A DNA stretch of 29,582 bases from an uncultured Deferribacteres bacterium. Its GTDB lineage: Bacteria > Zhuqueibacterota > Zhuqueibacteria > Zhuqueibacterales > Geothermadaptataceae. The stretch is taken from positions 1 to 29,582 of the forward strand of contig CAXHAT010000087.1 in assembly GCA_964014485.1 (NCBI GenBank), written 5' to 3'. Position 1 is the stretch's first letter. Every line of letters begins with the position of its first letter. A program made the position numbers and the translations under genes. The notes beneath the pieces were generated by a model that was not told the DNA's origin, made no database searches, and was given only the letters and a program-made list of their open reading frames with translations. Positions 17,127 to 26,375 of this stretch are shown here, in pieces.

Positions 17127-20100
17127 TCAAACCAAAAGCCGCAAAGTCACAATTTCAAAAGGCTTGTAATCGACTCGCCACATTTCGTCCGCATTCGGCA
17201 ATTCCTGCTCGTTTTGTTCTAGCAAATCACACACAAAAATCGTCTTCGGCTTCTTGCCAAATTTCATTTCACAGGTTCCGCGCGCCCCGGCGGATTCATA
17301 AAATCGCAGAATAACGCCGTTGCCGTCGTCCGCTGGTTTGAGCACATGGAGCACCAGGTTGTCATGGTCGAACTCAACAAACGGCGTGGTTGAATTTAGC
17401 TCGCCGCCGGCGCCGAGATTGACAATCGGGACGTTGAGTTCGTAGCCGCGACGCACTGTACCCGCCTTCTGCCAACTTCCTTCATGCGGAAAAAGTGAGT
17501 ACGTCACTTCATGCGCGCCTTGATCCGCCGGTTGGTCGTAAAGCGTGCCGCCCCAAGGCTCGGTCGGACTGGGCTGGTAGGGCGCACGCAGCAAAGTCAA
17601 TCGCATTTTATTTTCGTGAATATCGCAGCCATACTTGCAATCGTTCAGCAAACTCACGCCGTAGCCGCTCTCGGACAAATCCATCCATTTGTGCGCCGCC
17701 ACTTCAAACTTGGCCTGATCCCACGACGTGTTTCGGTGCGTCGGCCGCTCAATCGCGCCGTACTGAATTTCGTAAGTCGCCGTCGGGCTGAGCACGTCGA
17801 TCGGAAAGGCCGTCTTTAACAAAACGCGCTGCTCGCGCCAATCGATTTTAGTGAAAAAATCAATACGCAGAACATCGGAAAACAGGCGGATTTCCTGCGT
17901 AATCGTTGAATTTTCGGATTTATGCGTGACCCGAATCGCCGCGCGCAACGGGCCTTCCTCAACAACTTTAATTGCTTCACAAACGAATAAATCGAGCGGC
18001 TTCGTTTCGAAATCTGCGTCCACGTCCCAGGCTTCCCACGCCTGCGGATTGTCTTCGTAAGTCTCGAAAACATTTCCGAAACCGCCCGGCGTTAAAATCT
18101 CCCGCCCGCAACGCTTGTCGTACAACCGTGAAATTTCACCTGTTTTGTTAAGCTCTAATCGAAAAAAACGATTTTCAATGTGTGATTCCGAAATTGAGAA
18201 TTCGCTTTCCGGGTTTGTCATTCTGTAAGAATCTTTTTTGGCCGCACCTCCGAAATCCTCGACTTTTAAAGAAGCTTCTGACGAAGAAGATGCTTCCAGC
18301 ATAACATTTTCAGCGGAAGTCGAACCAACCCGCGCCTGTGCCAGAACACGCACCCGCCCGTCCGCCCGCTCCAAAATTTGATGCGGCGCAAGCTCGCCGC
18401 CCGAAGTCTGCAAGGAAAAATCTTCGCCCGGATCAGCGAAGGAAATTTCCGCAGGTTCCAGTCGTTCCCAATTCAACGTGTTCGTCAAGTTCGCAACAAT
18501 CGCCTCGTCTTCAGCAAGAGAAAGCTTTGCGCTATTTTCACGCACAAGCTCGCCGCACGTTGAGGCAATTTCCTGATAGTCCCGCGCCACCTGCTCATAA
18601 ACTTCAGGAATCGAAGTGCCCGGAATGATGTCGTGGAATTGATTGAGCAGCAGTTTTTTCCACGCCGCGTCCAGACCGGCGAGTGCAGGTTCGCCGCCGT
18701 CCGCTTGCACCAGCGCCGCGAAAAATTCCGCTTCCCGCAGCGCAAACTCGCATTTGCGATTGCCGCGCTTAGTACGTGCGTGCGAAGTGAGCGTGCCGCG
18801 ATGATACTCAAAATACAATTCGCCCCACCAAACCGGCAAGTCGTCCGCTTCCTGAATCGCTTTTTCAAAAAATTCCTTTACCGAAGCGCGCTCCATCTTC
18901 GGCAGACCGGGGAAATTCTCCAACCGCCGCGCGTTTTCCAGATGCTGGGGCGTGGGGCCGCCGCCGCCGTCGCCGAAACCGTAGCTCAGCAGCAAATGAT
19001 GAATCTCGCCTTTTTGATTGCACTTGTCCCAAGCCTCGCGCACGTCGTGGGCGTTGAGCTCGCTGTTGTAAAGATTGTTCAAAAAAGTCAGGTGGGAGAA
19101 AATTTCCGTGCCGTCGACGCCGCGCCACCAGAACGAATTGTAGGGGAATTTATTCGCATCGTTCCAGGCAAGTTTTGCGGTGAAAAAATAATCAATCCCC
19201 GATTTTTTCAGGATTTGCGGCAGGGCGGCGGAATAGCCAAACACGTCCGGCAGCCAAAGATTGTCGATCTCCACGCCAAACTCTTCCTTGAAAAAACGCT
19301 TTCCATGCACGATCTGCCGCACCAGCGATTCACCCGAGGGGATGTTGCAATCCGCCTCCACCCACATGCCGCCGACCGGCTCCCAACGCCCGTTTTTGGC
19401 GCGTTGCCGGATGCTTTCGTAAACCTGCGGGAAATTTTCTTTCGTGTATTGATAAAGCTGCGGCTGGCTCTGGATAAAATGAAATTCCGGGTAGCGCTCC
19501 ATCAACCGCAGCACCGTGGAAAAGGTGCGTCCGCATTTTTTCTTCACGTCTTCCAGCGTCCAGAGCCAAGTCACGTCGATGTGCGCATGACCGACGGGAT
19601 AGACGGCGGCGGGAACGTCGCTTTGAAATTTTTGCAGCGTCTCGCACAGCGCTTCCGCCGTCGAGGCACAGCTTTGGCGGAACGCGGCGCTTCCCGGAGC
19701 GCGCCAGTCGATTTGCGCCATGATATCGCCGATGGTCTCGAATAAAGGCTTTTTGTTGGGATGACCGTCCGGCAGGAATTGCGCCGCTTCCAGCGCGTTT
19801 TTTAGCGAAAAATAAACGTCCCGCACACCCTTGTCTGGAACGATGGTGGCCGCTTCGCGAAAGATCGGTCGCTCTTCGGTTCGTCCGGCGTAGGCTTCGA
19901 TGGCCAACTCAAAAATTTCCCCCGCCTTGGCTTCGGGCGACAATTGAATCTCGCCGTGGTTGCGGTCAATGCCATGAAAAGGCGCGCCGTTGACGTACAG
20001 AAACGCCTCGGCGTGAATTTGCACGAGGTCTATTTTGAAATGTACCGGCCGTCCGGCCATTCTTTCCGGAACTTCAACGCGGGTGCGAAACCAGAAAAAA

Positions 20101-20285
20101 GCGTCATAACCGCCCCAAACGGCGGGCGGGGAAATCTCTTGCCAACGTGTGTCATCAAAATCCGCCTGCGCCGCCGACGGGAAATCGCCTTGCTTAAATC
20201 GCCATTTTTCAACAGGTTCGCGGTCACAATCAACAAATCGCTCTAGCTCTCGCAAATACTTGTGCAGCTTGTTCAAACTCGCCAT
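17127..20285 (-). CDS. Alpha-mannosidase, glycoside hydrolase family 38
   Basis: GHAHIDVTWLW, GGMWVEADCN, WLPDVFGYS (nucleophile Asp), GFGDGGGGP, GELYFEYHRGT, LLNQFHDIIPG and LNDCKYG. Confidence 0.95.
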   Translation of the reverse strand: MASLNKLHKYLRELERFVDCDREPVEKWRFKQGDFPSAAQADFDDTRWQEISPPAVWGGYDAFFWFRTRVEVPERMAGRPVHFKIDLVQIHAEAFLYVNGAPFHGIDRNHGEIQLSPEAKAGEIFELAIEAYAGRTEERPIFREAATIVPDKGVRDVYFSLKNALEAAQFLPDGHPNKKPLFETIGDIMAQIDWRAPGSAAFRQSCASTAEALCETLQKFQSDVPAAVYPVGHAHIDVTWLWTLEDVKKKCGRTFSTVLRLMERYPEFHFIQSQPQLYQYTKENFPQVYESIRQRAKNGRWEPVGGMWVEADCNIPSGESLVRQIVHGKRFFKEEFGVEIDNLWLPDVFGYSAALPQILKKSGIDYFFTAKLAWNDANKFPYNSFWWRGVDGTEIFSHLTFLNNLYNSELNAHDVREAWDKCNQKGEIHHLLLSYGFGDGGGGPTPQHLENARRLENFPGLPKMERASVKEFFEKAIQEADDLPVWWGELYFEYHRGTLTSHARTKRGNRKCEFALREAEFFAALVQADGGEPALAGLDAAWKKLLLNQFHDIIPGTSIPEVYEQVARDYQEIASTCGELVRENSAKLSLAEDEAIVANLTNTLNWERLEPAEISFADPGEDFSLQTSGGELAPHQILERADGRVRVLAQARVGSTSAENVMLEASSSSEASLKVEDFGGAAKKDSYRMTNPESEFSISESHIENRFFRLELNKTGEISRLYDKRCGREILTPGGFGNVFETYEDNPQAWEAWDVDADFETKPLDLFVCEAIKVVEEGPLRAAIRVTHKSENSTITQEIRLFSDVLRIDFFTKIDWREQRVLLKTAFPIDVLSPTATYEIQYGAIERPTHRNTSWDQAKFEVAAHKWMDLSESGYGVSLLNDCKYGCDIHENKMRLTLLRAPYQPSPTEPWGGTLYDQPADQGAHEVTYSLFPHEGSWQKAGTVRRGYELNVPIVNLGAGGELNSTTPFVEFDHDNLVLHVLKPADDGNGVILRFYESAGARGTCEMKFGKKPKTIFVCDLLEQNEQELPNADEMWRVDYKPFEIVTLRLLV

Positions 20286-20336
20286 TTTTTGTGGTTCTCA
20301 AATTTAGAATTCGTGGTCTGTCGCAGGTTTTTTTGT

Positions 20337-20383
20337 GGAAAGTCGGGAAAGTTGGACTAAACGCAAAGTCGCAAAGAACGCAG
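20337..20383. repeat. Short tandem repeats at the R-M cassette boundary
   Basis: GGAAAGTCG-GGAAAGTTG (20337-20354) and AACGCAAAGTCGCAAAGAACGCAG (20360-20383). Confidence 0.45.
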
Positions 20384-20398
20384 TCTTGGGCAGAAAAA

Positions 20399-21349
20399 TT
20401 AAGCGTCTATTTGAAAAATATTGTCGGGAAGGCGATCAACTGCCGCTTTTATTTTTTCAGAAGTTTGAGGGATTTCGGCGAGATCAATTTTTACAATTTT
20501 CTCTAAATGTCGATGAACATCAAGCAAAGGGTTGCAGTGCCGAATTTGTACTAATTTGACCCCGCTGTTTTCAGCGGTTTGATGCACTCTGGTTTTCGTG
20601 CCTAAAATGTCAAACAGAATTATGCCGTTTCGTCCAACGCGTGCGATTTTGTCTTCGATGACTTCTTGATTGCCTGACGCAATAAGCCCCATTTCAATTC
20701 TGATTCTCCCGCGTTTTGATTCTACTTCGGCATCCGCTTCCCGTCCCACTTCCAAATCTCGGTCAATATTGATCCAGAAGTTTTCATTTTCAATAAAACC
20801 GAGAATCGTCAGTAGACTCCTTATGAAGACGCGCTCAAACTGTTTTCCAATTTTAGATTTTAGAGAACCTCTGATGTTCAGCGTTGCTGATCCTGCCATA
20901 AGTAGCAGCCAAGCGTCATCTTTAAACTCGTGATTTCCAATCTTGTCAAAAAGTTCGTTGAAGTAAGCGATAGTTTCTTGCATAAATCCTGGATAATCTT
21001 CCCTTTTTAGCCCAAGATTCACGGCGGTTTTTCGTGTAATTCCCATAATCCAAAAGAGTAAGTCTTTCAGTTCTTTAGGGCTTCTGTATTGAGCATAAGT
21101 TTCATCAAAAAGGTGTGATATCCAATTTTCACCGTATTCATTTTTCGCTTGTTTTTGTACTTGTGATAACCAAAGAAAAGTGGTAAAGAGCCTGCCTTTC
21201 GTATTGGATTCTGTAAGAAGACGATAATTTTTACCCATCAAAAGATGGTGAGTTAGTTTTTTCAATGCGATTGGAGAAAAAGGATCACTAAGTGTAACAT
21301 TTTGCTCGAGCCAGCTTCGATAAGCGTCTAATTTATAATCAAAACTCAT
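20399..21349 (-). CDS. Putative type II restriction endonuclease, CfrBI-like family
   Basis: TLNIRGSLKSKIGKQFE...SLLTILGF...READA...RIEMGLIASGNQEVIEDKIAR resembles the CfrBI family as recalled (not searched). Overlaps the MTase end by 11 bp; AT-rich. Confidence 0.72.
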   Translation of the reverse strand: MSFDYKLDAYRSWLEQNVTLSDPFSPIALKKLTHHLLMGKNYRLLTESNTKGRLFTTFLWLSQVQKQAKNEYGENWISHLFDETYAQYRSPKELKDLLFWIMGITRKTAVNLGLKREDYPGFMQETIAYFNELFDKIGNHEFKDDAWLLLMAGSATLNIRGSLKSKIGKQFERVFIRSLLTILGFIENENFWINIDRDLEVGREADAEVESKRGRIRIEMGLIASGNQEVIEDKIARVGRNGIILFDILGTKTRVHQTAENSGVKLVQIRHCNPLLDVHRHLEKIVKIDLAEIPQTSEKIKAAVDRLPDNIFQIDA

Positions 21350-22568
21350 TTTTCCCCTGCACTGGTTTTTCGTGAATTATGAAATCGACTCGACTGTTCA
21401 TCGGCAATAAATTCAGGGTATGACTCATATGTTGAAAATATTTCGGTTCGTTTTCAATTAACAAAAACCTTCGCTCCAAGTTATATGCGGCCTGCCCTAC
21501 GGTGCCGATTCCCGCGAACGGGTCCAAAATCATGTCATCCTTAAAAGAATAGTATTTAATAACCTTTCGCGCCAATTCTTCTGGGAAAACCGCTGGATGA
21601 ATTTTTGAGTGTGCAGGATGAATTCTCCATACATTTGTAACATCATATTCACCAAGTAGTCTTGACTCTTCAATCAAATTCGGATCATAGTGCTTTCGTA
21701 AATTCCAATCTATAAGCTTATCCGTTTTTTTTCTGTAAACTAATATATATTCGGTTACTGGAACAGGTTTATATTGCAATGGTTGTCTATCAGCTTTAAA
21801 TCGCCGCCCTCTTCCCAAATTCCACCCCGCACCCTCAGGTTTTATCCAAATGATGTCATCTACAAAATCGAAACCGGCGTTTTCAAATATTCTGTGTATA
21901 TCGAAAGGGATGGCTATTCTTCGACTCGATGTTGATCTTGAAATCCTTCGGATAAGAACGGGAGAAATATTTATCACAAAAAAACGACCTTCAGATAGAA
22001 TCGAATGTGCCCTGACGATGACTTTTCGGATGAAGTCGAGGTATTCCTGATAGTCGACATATTCTGAGTATTCCGGTTTTGCATTGTAATACGGCGGAGA
22101 AGTAAAGACCAGTTGAACTGTATCGGGTGGAAATTCTTCTAAAACTTCGATACAATTTCCCAAAATTACTTTATTGGGAACCGCTGTCGGTGTGAAGACG
22201 TTCTTGCCGGATTTAGTTCTTTTGGCGCGATGAGAAGAGCCTTTTGTGATTCTTCTCCGAATAATGTCAATATCGGTTGTCTCGACAATGCGATCAATAG
22301 CTTCATCAATAAATATCTCGCCTATAAGTGCGTTTTTGTTTAAACGAGGATGTAATGAGACCCGCCATTTTTTCTGCCTGTCATCATACTCCGGCAAACC
22401 AAAAGATATGTTCTCTTTGAATTTGAGGAGCGTCTTGTCGATCCACTCTTCAACAAGCGCTCTCGCTTTCTTGGTTGAGCCTTTTTCAAAGTTCATTTCG
22501 AATTCGTCTATAATCAGGTGAAGACCTAAACCGAAACAGTCTGTGTATTCTCCTTCTTTCGTAAACAT
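21339..22568 (-). CDS. Site-specific amino DNA methyltransferase, beta class, probably N4-cytosine
   Basis: Motif IV FTSPPYY precedes HPAVFP and motif I LDPFAGIGT. Alternative start at ATG 22496. Confidence 0.9.
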   Translation of the reverse strand: MFTKEGEYTDCFGLGLHLIIDEFEMNFEKGSTKKARALVEEWIDKTLLKFKENISFGLPEYDDRQKKWRVSLHPRLNKNALIGEIFIDEAIDRIVETTDIDIIRRRITKGSSHRAKRTKSGKNVFTPTAVPNKVILGNCIEVLEEFPPDTVQLVFTSPPYYNAKPEYSEYVDYQEYLDFIRKVIVRAHSILSEGRFFVINISPVLIRRISRSTSSRRIAIPFDIHRIFENAGFDFVDDIIWIKPEGAGWNLGRGRRFKADRQPLQYKPVPVTEYILVYRKKTDKLIDWNLRKHYDPNLIEESRLLGEYDVTNVWRIHPAHSKIHPAVFPEELARKVIKYYSFKDDMILDPFAGIGTVGQAAYNLERRFLLIENEPKYFQHMSHTLNLLPMNSRVDFIIHEKPVQGKNEF

Positions 22569-22714
22569 TATAACTCAAAAGGGCTTCTTAAAAAAGCTTT
22601 CTCCCACAGATTATAAAGTCTACGCCTTCAACCCAAAATTTCTGGCATACGATAATACAATTTTGCAATTTGCCGGCAACTTTAGAAGGCCAAAATTGTT
22701 TCAAAAGAAGACAA

Positions 22715-24235
22715 ATGTTCAAATTTCTAGTTCCGTTTTCCATAATTGTTTCTGTATTTTGGGTAAGTGGTTGTGATCATGTCGATGTAAACGAACCTGA
22801 CGAAATCATCATTTCACAAGTTGGTAATAAGTCGATTTCGAAGGCGGAGTTTATTCGGCGGGCGGAATATACAATTCGTCCCAAGTATGCTCGGGAGAAT
22901 TACAATGTTCAGAAAAAGATCATTCTCAATTCGCTGATTGCGGAGAAGCTCTTTGCGCTGGAGGCGGAGGGCGCCGATTATCGCGAATTGCGAGAAGACG
23001 ATTTTCTGCAAGCTTACCTGCGCGGAAGGCAGGAGCAGTCCATGCGGCAGTGGCTCTACGCTAAGGACATTTACGACCACGTTCCGGACGATACGGTCAA
23101 GATCAAAAACACCTTCAAAAACGCAGGCCGAAAGTACAAAATCGCCTACGTCAGCTTTGAAAGCCCCGACCAAGCCAACTTGGCCGCCGGCAAAATTTTC
23201 GACGAAGGCGTGTCGTTCAACGATCTGTTCAATGAAGACGGCTCGCTCACGGACGTGCCGCAACGCGAGGTGGAATGGAATTGGAACGAACACGAGGCGA
23301 TCATTGAATCCATGTTCACGCAACCGCTGAAGAAAGACCAGGTGGTCGGCCCCGTTTACATCGATGCGACGCACCAAATTCTCATCAAAGTGCTCGGCTG
23401 GACTGACACGCCCGCTTTAACCGACGAACAGATTTTGAACCGCTGGGACGACGTGCGGGACCGTTTCCGCTCGTTTGGCGCGGTGAAAGCCTACAAGACT
23501 TATATTCAAGAAATGATGAAAGGCAAGGAATTGCGGTTTTACCCGGACACGTTTTATCAGCTTGCCGATGCGCTTGGCCCGCACTACCTGCAAACGCCCA
23601 GGCAAAAAGAAGACGCCATGCGCGACAGCTATTGGGGGCTGAACAACGGCGTGACGCACGAGACTTTCGACAATGACATAGAAGCGCTCGATCCGTACCC
23701 GCTGTTCAAGCTCAACGACGAAGTCTGGACGGTGGGCAGACTGCGGGAAGAGGTCAAATCGCACCCGCTGGTTTTCCGCAAGCAGAAGATGAAAAACAAG
23801 GAGTTCGGCGAGCAATTGCAACTGGCCATCATCGATTTGGTGCGCGACAAACACTTGACGGCGCAAGCTTACGAGCGCGGCTACGACAAAATCAACGTGG
23901 TGCAGCGCAATCGGCGCATGTGGCAGGATAATTTTTACGCGCTCTACCATCGCACGCGCCTGCTGGACGCCAAGAACGCAGTCAACGATTCGTCGTTTGC
24001 CGAAAATTACTTGCCGCTGGTTGAGAAATATTTAAATCCATACGTGCAGTCACTGTTGGAAAAGTACAGTGACCAAGTTGAAATTAACGTCGACGCATTC
24101 AACAGCATCAAACTCCTGCGCACGGACCTTGTCGCCCTCCAATCCGACGCGCCGTACCCAATCATGGTCCCCGGCTTCCCGGTCTTGACGACGAAACATG
24201 AATTGGATTACGGCAAGAAGATGGAAAAACGCTAA
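22715..24235 (+). CDS. Lipoprotein, SurA/PrsA (parvulin foldase)-like hypothetical protein
   Basis: Lipobox VSGC. ISQVGNKSISKAEFIRR...ILNSLIAEKLFALEA resembles SurA N-domains, with a second similar repeat later; degenerate PpiC-like middle (GVSFNDL...VVGPV). Start moved to ATG 22715. Confidence 0.55.
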   Translation: MFKFLVPFSIIVSVFWVSGCDHVDVNEPDEIIISQVGNKSISKAEFIRRAEYTIRPKYARENYNVQKKIILNSLIAEKLFALEAEGADYRELREDDFLQAYLRGRQEQSMRQWLYAKDIYDHVPDDTVKIKNTFKNAGRKYKIAYVSFESPDQANLAAGKIFDEGVSFNDLFNEDGSLTDVPQREVEWNWNEHEAIIESMFTQPLKKDQVVGPVYIDATHQILIKVLGWTDTPALTDEQILNRWDDVRDRFRSFGAVKAYKTYIQEMMKGKELRFYPDTFYQLADALGPHYLQTPRQKEDAMRDSYWGLNNGVTHETFDNDIEALDPYPLFKLNDEVWTVGRLREEVKSHPLVFRKQKMKNKEFGEQLQLAIIDLVRDKHLTAQAYERGYDKINVVQRNRRMWQDNFYALYHRTRLLDAKNAVNDSSFAENYLPLVEKYLNPYVQSLLEKYSDQVEINVDAFNSIKLLRTDLVALQSDAPYPIMVPGFPVLTTKHELDYGKKMEKR

Positions 24236-24252
24236 AAATCTATAGATACTTT

Positions 24253-26337
24253 ATGATTGCCACTTATGACAAGATTGCTGATCCTAAGGATCTACGCAAT
24301 AATAAATTACACCCGTCAGATCGAGCTTTCCACGATTGGTACAGGTTCGTTTTATCTTTCCCGCCTCATCTCGTCCGACATTATTTTGAACGTTTTGAGC
24401 TCGATAGGAACGCCACAGTGCTTGATCCTTTTTGCGGGACCGGAACGACGCTTGTTGAAGCCAAAAAGAATTCGATTCAATCAATCGGGATAGAAGCAAC
24501 GCCCATGGCTTTCTTGGCGTCCAAGACTAAAACGACATGGGATTTGTCGGGGCAAGAGCTTCGTCACGCCGCACTCAACATCATGAATAATTCACTTGAT
24601 GTTTTCTCGAGCGAAAACGGCGCTTTGAGAAAGTTGTCTAAAGAACAAGACTCAATTTTACTCAAGAATTCGATCGAACCACTTCCCTTGCATAAATGCC
24701 TCGTATTGCGTGACGCCATCAACGGCGTTGCCGACCTACGCATCAGACGTTTTTTTCTTCTCGCATTGGCTTATGTCGCCGTTCATAAGGCCAGCAATTT
24801 AAAATTTGGTCCCGAAGTGGGTGTACGTCGTAAAAAGAGAACCGAAGCTAACGTCTTTGGCGATTGGTTCAGTCGCGTCAATCTAATGACGGATGATATA
24901 GAATCTGGTTATGAGCATTCAGCAAACGCTTCTTGCTATAACTTCGATTCGCGTGACTTGAACGGCTTGATTGAGAACGGGAGCATCGATGCTGTTATTA
25001 CCTCGCCGCCTTACCCGAATGAGAAAGATTATACCAGAACGACCAGACTCGAATCCACTCTACTAGGTTTTTTGGAAAATAAAAGTGACTTAAGAAGGCT
25101 GAAACAGTTTCTTTTGAGATCAAACACAAGAAACGTTTACATCTCAGATGATGATGATTTGCATATCGAGCAAGGAAGCAAGATAGACAGAATTGCTAAT
25201 GAAATTGAACGCCGGAGACTCGCCCTCAATAAAACTTCAGGCTTTGAACGACAATACCATCGCGTCACGCGGCTTTATTTTGGCGGTATGAAAAGGCACT
25301 TGGCCGAGATGCGTAAGTACTTAAAGCCGGGAGCTAGAATGGCGTATGTAGTCGGAGATCAAGCGTCTTACTTGCAAGTACTTATTCGCACTGGAGAACT
25401 CCTTGCTGAAACTGCACATGAATTGGGGTATCACGTTTCTGGAATCGATCTTTTCCGAACACGCATTTCTACAGCTACGGGCCAGCAGCTTCGTGAAGAA
25501 GTGCTTCTACTTGAATGGCCGGATAAAACTAATGGGAGGCGCAGCTTGAAAGAGAGAAAGAATCGATATGATCAACTTATAGAACGAGCGTTTTTTGATC
25601 ATTACACGCCCGGAGCCGGCGAAGTTTTCTTTGATCGTGAAGAATTTGAGACTATCGCAGCGGAACTAAAGATCAAATTGCCTAAAAATCTCGGCGATAT
25701 TATCTATTCGTACAGATACCGAAACGTACTTCCTGAAGCAATCACTGAACTTTTATCGAAAGACGAAGAATGGATTATTCGATCTGTCGGACGTGGGAAG
25801 TACAAGTTTTCAAAATCAGCCATTCATAGAATAACGCCTAATCCTCGGCTTTCTAAAATCAAAATTCTTGACGCGACGCCGGAAATTATCAGAAGGTATG
25901 CCCTGAACGATGAACAAGCGCTTCTTGCCGTGCTTAGATACAACCGACTTATCGATACCTTTCTCGGGTTTACATGCTATTCTCTTCAAAACCATTTAAG
26001 AACTACGGTCAAGGGAATAGGACAAGTGGAAACAGATGAGCTTTACGTCGGCGTCAGCAAAGACGGGAAGCAGTACATTGTGCCGGTTCAAGCGAAAGGA
26101 AGAACCGATCAACTCGGAATTGTGCAGATTGAACAGGATTTTGCCGTTTGCGAGTCGAAATTTCCCGATTTGTTGAGTAGACCCGTCGCTGCTCAGTTTA
26201 TCCAGGATGATTTGATCGCATTATTTGAGTTCGAAAAGAATGGAAAACTGGTCACTATTCGGGAAGAAAAGCATTATCAACTCGTCTCGAATACTGACCT
26301 TCCGCAAGAGGAGATTAAAAGGACAAACGCTCAATAG
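24253..26337 (+). CDS. Alpha-class amino DNA methyltransferase (probably N4-cytosine) fused to a putative PD-(D/E)xK endonuclease
   Basis: Motif I VLDPFCGTGTT (from 24418) precedes motif IV TSPPY (25000). The MTase part ends near LREEVLLLEWP. The C-terminal ~263 aa carry QVETDELYVG...PVQAK. AT-richer than the flanks. Confidence 0.8.
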   Translation: MIATYDKIADPKDLRNNKLHPSDRAFHDWYRFVLSFPPHLVRHYFERFELDRNATVLDPFCGTGTTLVEAKKNSIQSIGIEATPMAFLASKTKTTWDLSGQELRHAALNIMNNSLDVFSSENGALRKLSKEQDSILLKNSIEPLPLHKCLVLRDAINGVADLRIRRFFLLALAYVAVHKASNLKFGPEVGVRRKKRTEANVFGDWFSRVNLMTDDIESGYEHSANASCYNFDSRDLNGLIENGSIDAVITSPPYPNEKDYTRTTRLESTLLGFLENKSDLRRLKQFLLRSNTRNVYISDDDDLHIEQGSKIDRIANEIERRRLALNKTSGFERQYHRVTRLYFGGMKRHLAEMRKYLKPGARMAYVVGDQASYLQVLIRTGELLAETAHELGYHVSGIDLFRTRISTATGQQLREEVLLLEWPDKTNGRRSLKERKNRYDQLIERAFFDHYTPGAGEVFFDREEFETIAAELKIKLPKNLGDIIYSYRYRNVLPEAITELLSKDEEWIIRSVGRGKYKFSKSAIHRITPNPRLSKIKILDATPEIIRRYALNDEQALLAVLRYNRLIDTFLGFTCYSLQNHLRTTVKGIGQVETDELYVGVSKDGKQYIVPVQAKGRTDQLGIVQIEQDFAVCESKFPDLLSRPVAAQFIQDDLIALFEFEKNGKLVTIREEKHYQLVSNTDLPQEEIKRTNAQ
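25534..25548 (+). promoter_or_regulatory. Internal in-frame translation initiation site (SD + TTG) for the nuclease domain
   Basis: GGGAGG (25534-25539), 6 nt, then in-frame TTG (25546), exactly at the domain junction. Confidence 0.55.
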
Positions 26338-26342
26338 ATATG

Positions 26343-26370
26343 AAGCCGGATTCGCTGCACATAATCCAGC
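26343..26370 (-). repeat. REP-like/terminator hairpin related to 2962-2992
   Basis: Minus strand reads GCTGGATTATGTGCAGCGAATCCGGCTT, located between convergent genes. Confidence 0.45.
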
Positions 26371-26375
26371 CCCAA

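Noticed and set aside
18633..19745. 370-aa plus-strand ORF
   Set aside because: Antisense shadow of the GH38 gene with no recognisable motifs; expected from GC-rich codon bias.
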